A stretch of DNA of 63,279 nucleotides, counting the filler, from Octopus bimaculoides (Eukaryota), in the NCBI RefSeq assembly GCF_001194135.2. It is 6 parts of 6 records of this genome, joined end to end, with 100 filler letters (N's around TTAATTAATTAA, not from the genome) between each part and the next. Parts side by side here need not be neighbours in the genome. Positions count along the whole stretch, not along the records: positions 25,221 to 42,665 come from NC_068984.1; positions 42,766 to 58,952 come from NC_068987.1; 4 more parts are not named here. One strand, written 5' to 3'. The position numbers were made by a program, and so were the translations under genes. Shown here one piece after another: positions 39,327 through 50,950 of the stretch. Position 1 is the stretch's first letter. Each line of letters starts with the position of its first letter. Under the pieces are notes generated by a model. It worked only from the letters and a program-made list of their open reading frames with translations, had not been told where the DNA came from and did not search any database.

Positions 39327-40797
39327 TCAAACACGTTATAATTGACATCTACCCAGAATCACAGTGCGGATTTCGCTCTGATCTATTGACATGATCTTTT
39401 CCCTCCAACAGGTCTTGGAGAGGGTACGTGAGGAAAATCAAGAGTTGTTCTTGATGTTCGTTGGCCTTACTAAGGCCTTCGACTCTGTTAACCGGCAAGC
39501 ACTATGGGAAATTCGGAAAAAGCTTGGTATACCTGACAAGATGCTGAATGTTATCAGCTTTTTGCATGAGGGAATGGAGGCTGTTTTCGTGTCCTGTGGG
39601 GAATCTGCGGCTTCCTTCGACGTTACATACGGCACAAAGCAAGGCTGTATTATGGCTCCTGTTTCGTTTGCACCCTTCGTCTTTTCGGTGATGCTGAGGT
39701 ATGCTTTTGGTGACATAGAAAGTGGTGTCAAATTCCAGCTTCGAACAAATGGTGGACTTTTCAATCATAAGCGTTTCGAAGCCAGAACACTGCTACGCAT
39801 CAGTGTCATTTGTGACCTACATTTTGCAGATGATGCTGCACTAGTAGCGACCTCTTTAGAGGAAGCTCAGAAACTTCTAGACCGGTTTTCTGCTGCATGT
39901 AAAGCCTTTGGATTGACCATTTGCATAAAGATGGAAGTAATCCACTAACCATGCCCTACTCCTAAACAAATTCGAGGTGTCAAGCAGAGGCCACCGGTCC
40001 GCAATTTTCCTGACACTCCTATACAAGTTGATGGGAAAATCCTAAATTATGTGAAGTCATTTGCGCATCTTGGTAGTTAAGTGAATATGAGCGCTTCCCT
40101 TGATGATGGAAGCGTCAACCATCTTGCAAAGGCAACCAACGCATTTGGCAAACTCTCATCGCCTATGGAATGAAAGGAGCATCAAAGCTGACACCAAAGT
40201 ACATGTCTATAAAGCAACCATTTTTANNNNNNNNNNNNNNNNNNNNNNNNNNNNNNNNNNNNNNNNNNNNNNNNNNNNNNNNNNNNNNNNNNNNNNNNNN
40301 NNNNNNNNNNNNNNNNNNNNNNNNNNTAAGATTGGTAAAATTAAGAGCTTCCTTATAAAATCACAATTGCGCTGGGGCTGGCCATGTCGTCAGAATGAGT
40401 GACGAAAGAATGCCCAAAGTCCTCGTGTACAGCCAGCTTGAGAGTGGACAAAGGAATGTTGGTCAACCAAGGACAAGCTGAAGAGTAACCTCTTAGAGAT
40501 GAAGATAGCTCACAACACCTTTGAGCGAACAGCATCAGAAGGAACAAAATGGAGATCGTTGTGTTAAAATGGTATTAAAAACTTTGTTGCAGCCAGCATT
40601 AACAGGCTTAGGTGGCAAAGCAAAGGAGAAAAGTGGCTTCAAATATGTCACCTTTAATCCTCAAACTTGCAACATTTGTGGGCTTCTTTGCAAATCGTTG
40701 GCAAGTTTTAAAAGTCACATTCGACGTAAGCCTAATTACTGACAAGGTAAAAGTAGATTGTCGGTGCCTCATACATCGAAACCGAAAGGAAAGCCCA

Positions 40798-40845
<48 letters not shown>
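39325..40845 (+). mobile_element. RTE-clade LINE (BovB-like), 5'-truncated, RT plus C-terminal C2H2-like motif and (CA)n tail
   Basis: YPESQCGFRS, DMIFSLQQV, FVGLTKAFDSVNR, GTKQGCIMAP, RTNGGLFN, LHFADDAALVA and FSAACKAFGLTI. The end reads TCNICGLLCKSLASFKSHIR, then ...GCCCATC(AC)n. Confidence 0.93.
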
Positions 40846-40849
<4 letters not shown>

Positions 40850-42665
40850 CTACTGAAATATATTACTGAACTCTAATAGCACGTTGTATATTTCAATATT
40901 CTAGTTCATAATCTGCAGATTGGTCGAATGTGGGCTCTATTGCTCAATGTGGACCCTATTTTTCGGTGTTGCTGCTATGGGATGAGATAAAGTCTAACGT
41001 TTCGAAGTGCACCTTGAGACGGAAGAACGATTGTCGTGAATATTGAATTAAAATTGTATGGAATAATGACCAGGTAACTATTTAGGGACATTCGATTTCT
41101 CTTAGGTACGAATTGTTTAAAGAAGGAGATAGGAACAGCAGAACTACCTACACTAATATCTCTTCAAGATTCGCCAGAGTCCAATCTATATTGACTTAAT
41201 CCCTGTCCTTCCGCCTGGCAATATGATCTCTTTTATAGGGACCCAAACAGTGGAGAGGGAGAAGTCAGTTTTATTCACAAACCAAAGATGTGGTCTAAAG
41301 AGGACAATTAAGGGCCACGTTAAAGACACGGCCTTCACTACTGTCTCCTATACAGTTTCTACCGACCCAATTTCACTCAGCTTGTCTTGGTTGGATCCTT
41401 TGATATGACGGGAAACTCAGTTGCCTCGTAAAAAGCCACAGGATTTCGGAGTTAACGTCTAACCATGCAACCTAGACTTCACCATAAGCTATGAGTAATT
41501 GTCAGAAACATTTACAACAGAACATTATGACTGTTTAGTTTCATTTGATAAGAGTTCCTACAGTAAACACAAGCCATTTATTGAATTCTCTTACTTAATA
41601 TGCATTTAAACTATCAATTTCTTTTAAAACTCGTGGCCTTAATTTGAGCTGCATTAAAATATCCCATACTCTAATTAGTTTTTGGTCAGAGAAAGGAATC
41701 AGTTTACGAGAGTTTGATGTCTCCGGTGCTTGCTGGTTGAAATATCTCATGGCATTGTATAACATCATTCTTTAATTAAAATGATATATTAGTGACGGAG
41801 CTGATGTGCCAATGTGCTCTGTAATGGTTGCCCGTGCTCAAAGAGAAAACCCTTTTGTTAAATTACTTGTACAAGAAATCGATAAACAGCACTAATTTGC
41901 CTCATTATACGGAAAATAAATTGAAAGTGTAACCTAAAGAGGAAAACATCCCCTTACCTTCTGATACGCACATACACGTGTGCGTGTGTGTTACTATAGA
42001 GTTTCATGATTACTCTTCGCGAAGCTGATTTACCATCGACGAGAAAGCAATATTAATTATATGAAATAATAATAACTGGTCAACAATGGATTAGAAAACG
42101 TAAAATACTTTCACGTTATGTCATAAAATCATAAAATATCAACAAAAGATATTAGAGAGAATTATATTTACATATATATGAATATGAATCATTTTCTGCG
42201 TTTCAGCCTAAAGACAGTAACTGAAACGAATGTAATAGGTACTTATGCCCTACACCTGTTTCAAAAGGAGTCCCGAACGCATATCACGTAATTTTAAGGT
42301 GTTAATTATTTCGTATTCTTTCATATCAGATACTTTAAAGATACATAATATGCTTTTTGTGCTCCTTATCAAATATGTGCACATAACTACCTATTCCATT
42401 CCTTTCATTCACAGACTTAATTATCGCACAATAAGCAACATTTGTTGCTACATACTGGAGTTGTAGAATAGCAGTTATCTCATCGTAAACTGTGCGTAAT
42501 TTCAATGTGGTACCAAGTGTATTGGATGCATTAATTAATGAACTTCAGTGATTGATTATCGTCTCCTCTTGTGATATCTACACAAACTTGTCTATATCAT
42601 GGGCTTAGCAAATGTTTTACCTTGACTATTTAGATCTCACAACCTTCTTTTATATATATATATAT

Positions 42666-42765
42666 NNNNNNNNNNNNNNNNNNNNNNNNNNNNNNNNNNN
42701 NNNNNNNNNTTAATTAATTAANNNNNNNNNNNNNNNNNNNNNNNNNNNNNNNNNNNNNNNNNNNN
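42666..42765. other. Artificial scaffold spacer (N44-TTAATTAATTAA-N44)
   Basis: Identical 100-bp construct. Confidence 0.95.
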
Positions 42766-42810
<45 letters not shown>

Positions 42811-42836
42811 AGATATATATATATATACCATGCCAA

Positions 42837-43340
42837 GGCAACTGATACCAGGACAACTCATACCTGGACAACTCATACCTGGACAATTGATTATATAGGA
42901 CAACTCATAACAGGTATAAAGAGATAAAGATTTAGTTTTGAAAGAAAAATCAAATAAGAATAAAATAACTGCACTCATAACACACATGCATAAATACACA
43001 TACATACACACACACACAAATATACACAACACACACAAATATACACAACACACACACACAAATACACACAACACACACACACAAATACACACCACACGCC
43101 ACACACACATACATACACCACACACACACACACACACAAATACACACCACACAACACCACACACAGGCACAAATACATATGACACACACCACACACATGC
43201 ACACACACACCACACACACACACAAAATTTCTTTCAAAACTAAATCTTTATCTCTTTATACCTGTTATGAGTTGTCCTATATATCAGTTGTCCTAGATAT
43301 CAATTGTCCAGGTATGAGTTGTCTGACATGAGTTGTCCTG
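42837..43340. mobile_element. Foldback-like non-autonomous element: about 100-bp inverted arms built from GGACAACTCATACCT-type repeats around a CA-rich spacer
   Basis: The left arm 42849-42947 is the reverse complement of 43228-43340. The inner part is identical and the outer parts are variable copies of a 15-bp unit. Confidence 0.8.
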
Positions 43341-44111
43341 AAGCAAAAAGGATATCCAGAGGTATCAGGAAGAAATACTTGTTAGAGATCTAGCTTGTCA
43401 CTGTATTTTGAGGTCAGCTTTAATTTATAGTCTTGTTTATCAAATCTTTGTCTATTAAAATCTAAGGCCAAAGAACAATGAGCAGTGTCTGTTAGGAAGG
43501 GGACTGAGGGAGCCGGCAGAAATCATAGTGGGTATAGTCATAAATCTATCAAGATTAATTTGAAGCAATATAATGAGATTTGGTAAAGGAAATCTTAAAT
43601 CAAGATGTAAGCTGACAATTAAAGGGGCAAGCCACTAGTAGACCATTGATAATGATACAGTGGAAATTTTATCATGGGGTACTTTAGTTAAATATTTTAA
43701 ACAATATTGCCATATTGTATAAAGTTTAAATTTAGGGTTATTCAGAAGATTTTTAAGAAGAATATTATAACAAAAGGATAAAATTTTTTGAATACTTTTG
43801 AGTATATACCAAATTTTATCACAATAGAGGGAGGAAAAAAATTACATAGAAATAGTTTAATATTTATACATATTATATACTTAAATACTAACGTATTAGA
43901 TGGTATATGTAAAGATTGATCATTGGTATTTACTGGTATTTAATAAAGGAGTACTGAGGCAAAAGAACATGCTAACTATATATTAATTAAATTATAATCT
44001 AAGCAGTTTATTTTAAGTAGTGAAGATACTGGTATTGTTTTATATAAGCTAAATATGAATTTATAGGGGTACAAAAATTAGGTTTATTTAATAAATAAAG
44101 GCTATTATATA

Positions 44112-44345
44112 TGTGTGTGTGTGTGTGTGTGTGTGATGGACTATCCCAGCGATTTTGACATATGAGGATCTGATTACCTGCACTTTCTTTGTTGGTCATA
44201 ATGTTTATGTCTGATGTGATATTTGAGTCTCACCAACGATTTGCAAAGAAGCCTGCAGATGTTGCAAGTATTAGGATTATGGGTCAGTGCAGGCAGTATA
44301 TTTGCAGCCGCTTTTCTCCTTTGTCTTGCACCCCTTAGCCTTGTA

Positions 44346-44348
<3 letters not shown>
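44112..44348 (-). mobile_element. 3' end of the same RTE family as 39325-40845
   Basis: The minus strand reads ggagaaaagcggctgcaaatat...taatcctaatacttgcaacatctgcaggcttctttgcaaatcgttgg...ccatc(ac)n, aligning with 40620-40845. Confidence 0.85.
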
Positions 44349-44383
<35 letters not shown>

Positions 44384-45067
44384 NNNNNNNNNNNNNNNNN
44401 NNNNNNNNNNNNNNNNNNNNNNNNNNNNNNNNNNNNNNNNNNNNNNNNNNNNNNNNNNNNNNNNNNNNNNNNNNNNNNNNNNNNNNNNNNNNNNNNNNNN
44501 NNNNNNNNNNNNNNNNNNNNNNNNNNNNNNNNNNNNNNNNNNNNNNNNNNNNNNNNNNNNNNNNNNNNNNNNNNNNNNNNNNNNNNNNNNNNNNNNNNNN
44601 NNNNNNNNNNNNNNNNNNNNNNNNNNNNNNNNNNNNNNNNNNNNNNNNNNNNNNNNNNNNNNNNNNNNNNNNNNNNNNNNNNNNNNNNNNNNNNNNNNNN
44701 NNNNNNNNNNNNNNNNNNNNNNNNNNNNNNNNNNNNNNNNNNNNNNNNNNNNNNNNNNNNNNNNNNNNNNNNNNNNNNNNNNNNNNNNNNNNNNNNNNNN
44801 NNNNNNNNNNNNNNNNNNNNNNNNNNNNNNNNNNNNNNNNNNNNNNNNNNNNNNNNNNNNNNNNNNNNNNNNNNNNNNNNNNNNNNNNNNNNNNNNNNNN
44901 NNNNNNNNNNNNNNNNNNNNNNNNNNNNNNNNNNNNNNNNNNNNNNNNNNNNNNNNNNNNNNNNNNNNNNNNNNNNNNNNNNNNNNNNNNNNNNNNNNNN
45001 NNNNNNNNNNNNNNNNNNNNCAATGTGATGGCTAAGCTTTTTCTGATTGAACATGCACATGTGTGTG

Positions 45068-45136
<69 letters not shown>

Positions 45137-45544
45137 ATGTAGGACAGACATAGCTGTACTCTTGTCTCCAGGGTCAATGACAGTTTTCCTTAATGGGATG
45201 TCAATTCTGGAGAATTGCAGATTGCTTGATAATATATCTCCTTATTGTTCAAAGTTGGTTACCACAATTACTGTTAGGTATTTGCTTATCTTCTGTAGAA
45301 GTGAAGACAACTTTCAATAGATGAAAAATTTATCTTGTATGATTTTTCATAAATCATTCATGCAAAGAATGACGACAAAGAATGGTTAACAAATAGAGGT
45401 ATTTCTCCAAATTATGACTTTAAACTCATTTTTGTTATTTATGTATGTGCGTGTAGACATCAGTGAATGGGTGTCATCAGTGATGGGTCCATTCCCTTGG
45501 CCACTGCTTCATTTCTTATATCTTCTGATAGGTAACTAAGTATT

Positions 45545-45680
45545 TTGATAAGCTTTGGCCCTCTATACTTTAGGAGCTCTGATGGATGTTATCCACTCCT
45601 GAGGATTTCCAATCTTTGAGCATGTGCACTGTCTCTTCAACTTTCTCCTGGAGAATTGGAGTATCCCCATGTTCTCTGTT
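45545..45680 (-). mobile_element. RTE-type RT N-terminal fragment
   Basis: PILQEKVEETVHMLKDWKSSGVDNI resembles ILxEEVExAVxxLKxGKSPGVDNI. Confidence 0.6.
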
Positions 45681-45820
45681 ATTCTTGTTGCTGTTAGAAT
45701 TGTCGAGGATGCTGCTGTCATGATGGATATTTAATACTATACATTTCGAATAATACACCCACTCTACTGAGAGATATATGAGTGCATCTTTTCCCTGACT
45801 TATGGTCTCTTAGATAACTC

Positions 45821-45849
<29 letters not shown>

Positions 45850-45857
<8 letters not shown>

Positions 45858-46005
45858 ACAGTCTTCTTTCATATTCTACCATATCCACTCACAAGGCTTT
45901 GGTTGGCCTGAGGTTATAGTAGAAGACACTTGCCCAAGGTGCCACACAATGGGTTTGAGCCTAGAATCATGTAGCTGGGAAGCAAATTTCTTACCACACA
46001 ACCAC
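45850..46005 (-). mobile_element. SINE family A, 5' half
   Basis: atccactcacaaggctttggttggcctgaggttatagtagaagacacttgcccaaggtgccac. Confidence 0.85.
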
Positions 46006-46397
46006 TTTGAGAAAGTATGAAATAAATCCTCTTAAGGGAGAATCTGTGAGTGGATATAGTTATAAACAATACCATTTAGTTATATAAGGTTAAAAAAGCC
46101 ATTGGATGGGGAAAAAAATGGCTGAAGGGATATGAACTTGGATCTGCTGTACTCAATGTAAACAGGTTTATCTTAAGATTATTGTAGTTATGTAGGGATG
46201 AAAAGGTACATAATTGAGGAATACATACATACATACATACATACATACACACACATACACACACACACACACACATATATATATATTTTTATGTACAAAC
46301 ATACCCATAGGTACATACATATTTCATGTGTTGAGAAGGGAGGGTTACTGTAGTAGTTCGTATTTTTCTTTTTATATAATTATAATAATTATACACA

Positions 46398-46444
<47 letters not shown>

Positions 46445-47790
46445 ACATATGATATGTTTTCTATTGAGGGCTTGACATAAAGGTCCACAATAAGTGGGTT
46501 AGAGTTTATATTAATATCTGTGATATTAGTCGGTACTAAAAGTAATAAATTTCCAGGTATTAATCAAGATACTTTATGATTTTCTGTTACTTTTTGTTAA
46601 TCAAGTTGCTGAAATCCTGCGGGAAGTGGGGAGGGGTTATGGTCAGTCCAATAATCTAATTGGTCATCTATTGTTTTGAAAGGCCATGACTTTGTTATGG
46701 TTGGTTAATGGATAACCGTTAGCATAAACAACAAAGTAGGCAAAAATATATAAATGTATACAAATAAACAACAAATAATCCAAGGTTAACTATTAGTAGG
46801 TAGGATAGTAAAAGTCAATAAAGAAATTAATGTAGGGACTTGACCCTATTATATTATATTAAATTAAATTATGTTAAATTACGCAATATATAAGAAAAAT
46901 GTGGATGAATTTATAATATATATATACGTACATATATATTAGTATTTTAGGTTAAAGTGATATTACTAAGGGGATATTGTTTTAATAGACTGCATATAAA
47001 AGCTAAGTTATTACAGTAATCATTTGCATATTTCTTAAACCATACGGGTAATATAGGGTTAAAGTTATATGTTGGAAGTTATCCAGACCAAATTCAAATA
47101 AGGGACAAAAGACCAAAAGTGACCGTACAAGTTGTTTCACTAAGTTGTTATTTATTGCTAAAATTATGCTTAAAATGTATTCTCTGATAAAATACATTAA
47201 TTGCAATGCTCCATGCAACAGTGTTTAGTTACTAAATTAATGAACCAACTCAATATATATCCTCATATATCCTCTTTTATATATATATATATATACCTAC
47301 ATATTACTAAATTGTCATTATTTATCGCTAAAATTATGTTTAAAATCTATTTTAAAATGCCTCAAATGCAAGACTCTATGTAATAGTGTTGAGTCACTTA
47401 ATTAATGAACCAATTAATCATTCAGTCCTTTAAAATATTTATCCGTCTATTTACTCAGTTAATTACTTTTAATGTTATATTTAAGAGGTGTGTGTTGAGG
47501 GTTATTAAGCTATAAATAGAATGAAGGGAGGTAACTCTGGGTTATTAAGGTTTATAATTAGAATAATAACATACTCAAAAATTTAGGTCCATTATCCAAT
47601 CAATCAATTGATTAATTAATTAATTAATCAATTAATTTATTGGTTCTGTAATGGGGTTGCATATCAATGCTTGTATCTATATACATGCATATGTATATAC
47701 AATATATAAATATATACAACCACATATATATATATATATATATATATANNNNNNNNNNNNNNNNNNNNNNNNNNNNNNNNNNNNNNNNNN

Positions 47791-47872
<82 letters not shown>

Positions 47873-48349
47873 ATACCCACACATACACATATACTAGCTT
47901 ATATATATAAAAAAAAAACCTGATTAAGTCCAAAGGGTAGTACTGGATAATATTATTACTTTATATACTTGTGGAGTGTAATTAAATGTAAATTATCAGC
48001 TAGTCAATGTTTATTTGTTAAAGGTACCAGCAAAAGACATAAAACATAAACATACCTACCTAAACCTACATATATGTGTGTGCATACATAAATATATATA
48101 TACACAAGTGCGCGCACATAGATATATATATATACACACATACCCACATATATTGATACAAAAGTAGCAACAATAGTAATATATACTCACACATACATAC
48201 ATGTATATAATTATAGCTAACTTAATATATACCCTCTTTTATATATACCTGCATAATTATCACATATTATATAATACAGTATAACATCAGTAATAACTCG
48301 AATAATGATTATTATCATTATGTCAGTAGAGGTATTTTAATACTAGGTT

Positions 48350-49059
48350 CTAGTGATATTTGGAAAAGGTATGCCCGATTTTATGAAGACAGGAAGCATT
48401 GCTGTTAATAAGCGGAATTTTAATCCCAATTATAAAGAAAATTTCATTAATACATAACATACATTTTCTGTTTTTAGTATTATAAGCTGGTGCTGTTGTT
48501 AATATTTTCCAATTTAAATTATAGTTAATTCCTCCATCCTTAAGTTCCCATATATGGCTACTTAACCCTGTAGAATTTTTCCTATTTCTGTTTCTAAATG
48601 TATTGTTATGATAATTAAGTCTCTGTTTCATATTGTTTTTTTTTGCACCCACATATACCTTGCTGTCATATTGTGTACTTACTATACATTGATATACTAT
48701 CACCTTTCTATTGCAGTTATTATTAAATACACAATTATTACTTATTCTACAATCACATGTTCTGTGTGGCTGTGTAAGGTTTATGTTATTATGGTTGACA
48801 GTTATTATATTATTAGTTCTGTGGCTATTGTTGATCCCAATAATGTCATTATTGCTTATACTATTGTGATCATTAATGTTAGTATTATTATTATTATTAT
48901 TATTGTTATTATTATTATAATTATTACTATTATTATTTGTTAGGGTAATTTTATTCATACTATTATTATTTACACTTCCATTGTTGCTGTTATTAATAAT
49001 ATTATTATTATTGTTGTTGTTATTATTTTTATTGTTGTTATCACCAACCATGCCATTTC

Positions 49060-49143
<84 letters not shown>

Positions 49144-49583
49144 CATCATTATTATTATAGTTGTTATTATTATTATCATTATTATTTATGTTTGTATTAC
49201 TTCTGTTATTTTTCTACTTAGATAGAAGGTGTCCAGTTTTCTATTGTTAATTGAGGAGATGATGGTAGCTAGGTTATGTGTTAGACTATATCATATTCTT
49301 ATTGTTTTGTTATTGATTATCTCCCAATATTTGCTTTTTCCATTTGTAAAATGTTTGTTAATTAAACTAAAAATTGTTTTTACTATGTTATTCTTGATTT
49401 GCATAGCAAAAGGTATTATTATCCATATAGTATCTAATTCATTATTTCCCTTATTAGGGTTACTTATATTATGTTTAAAGTCTCTGTTATTATTCTTATT
49501 TTTATTTTTATTTTTATATTTGATAATACTATTTTGTCATAATTTTTACTATTATTACTAATGATTTTATTATTGTTATTATT
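48350..49583 (-). mobile_element. Penelope-like element B, 3' half: post-RT region, Asn-rich linker and GIY-YIG endonuclease
   Basis: IWIIIPFAMQIKNNIVKTIFSLIK and IINNKTIRI*YSLTHNLATIISSINNRKL resemble IIWFNPP...KNTVKVSYSC. An open frame 49213->48350 ends in TCDCRISNNCVFNNNC...IVYQC...KVYVGA...KQRLNYHNNTF...STGLSSHIWELK...WKIL...CMLCINE. Confidence 0.88.
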
Positions 49584-50945
49584 CAAATCCAGAAAAGCAC
49601 CACCAGCTAACAAGCACCTAGATAGCTTTGAACAAGAACTTTGGAGTACCATAAAAAACATCAAGTTAAAAAACCATCCCCTCAGAGGTAATCCTTACTA
49701 GAGAAAATTGAAAAAACTTATAAGAAAATTTGATACCTAAAATGGTATTTTAACACATTCAGATAAAACTAGAAACATCACAAAAAGATATAAGGTAGTA
49801 CCTAATAACTCACTAAGAAAGATAAACCTACAAGCCAGAAATATTATGCTAGATTTTAATTTAGGTGATAAAACAGAACCATTTACTCTGATTAGACCAT
49901 GCATAACAATTAAGGACCACAAAGAAAACTTCCCTAACAAAACACAGGTTAGACTAATATGTCCCAACAAATTTGACATAAATAAACTTAGTAAAATAAT
50001 ATTAGATAAATACCTACCAACACTTAAAAATAAAGTTAAACTGCATCTATGGAAAAACACACAAGGTGCATTAGATTGGTTTCCCAATATACAAATAGGA
50101 AATAGATATAACCAAAAATTCATACAAATTGGTATACAGAATTATTATGCATCTATAAACCTTATTATCCTTAATAGTGCTCTCATTTTTGCAAAGAGAT
50201 ACACTAATCTAAGTATGAGGGAGATAAAAGTGATACTTACTGCCTGTAAGACTGTTATCGAATTTGATAACGAATTATGGGCGAGGAAAGATACACCGGA
50301 CCTCTTTGATATTACAATTGGATCGCCAGACTCAGCGGAAGCGACAGACCTGGTAGGTCTATATATCTTAGATAATATAGGTAGAGAATTCCCTGAATTA
50401 ACCAGAGGTCTATATAGGGATGACGCACTATTCTTAGTTAAGAACCTTTCAAATAGACGCCTTGAACTGCTTAAAAAGTGATTACATAAATTCTTTAATA
50501 GGTTTGGCCTATCCATAATTATAGAAAACGAAAACTATTCTATAAACTATTTAAATGCAAATTGTAACCTAAATACCAGACTCCATGAGCCTTATATAAA
50601 AGAAAACTCTACATTAAGATATATAAATAATTCTAGTAACCATCGTTCGCAAAGACAAAAAAGCCCTATAACTAAATATAAGTAAAAGAATTTCAAACTT
50701 CTCCTCTAATGAAGAAATATTTAATAAACATAAGGAAAAATACAATACAGCACTAAAAAACGATATTAACTATAATAGCCAGGATGGAGTAACTTCCTCC
50801 AACCCACAAAATTTAGACAAAAGATAAATATAAAAATAACAATAATAAAAAAAAGAAATGTTAAAAATACAATAAGACAACCCATAAAAAATAATAATAG
50901 ACATAACAACAACAACAACAATAATAATAATAATAACAATAATAA
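49583..50945 (+). mobile_element. Penelope-like element B, 5' half: N-terminal region, reverse transcriptase and thumb (tentatively the C-terminal-EN 'Hydra' clade)
   Basis: FKSRKAPPANKHLDSFEQEL, ITIKDHKENFPNKTQVRLICPNK, LWKNTQGALDWF, FDITIGSPDSAEATDLVGLYIL, GLYRDDAL, YINNSSNH and SSNEEIFNKHKEKYNTALK. One in-frame stop (50479-50481) and frameshifts. Clade name is from recall of motif style, not a tree. Confidence 0.88.
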
Positions 50946-50950
50946 AAAAA

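Noticed and set aside
47606-47633. Perfect 28-bp palindrome aattgattaattaattaattaatcaatt
   Set aside because: Mostly a self-complementary (TAAT)n microsatellite. It is not one of the N-flanked spacers and carries no evidence of function.
50479-50481. In-frame TGA in the Penelope RT as possible selenocysteine (reported for some Naiad PLEs)
   Set aside because: It is not at a Cys-like position, the element has C-terminal EN order rather than Naiad order, and other frameshifts show ordinary decay.
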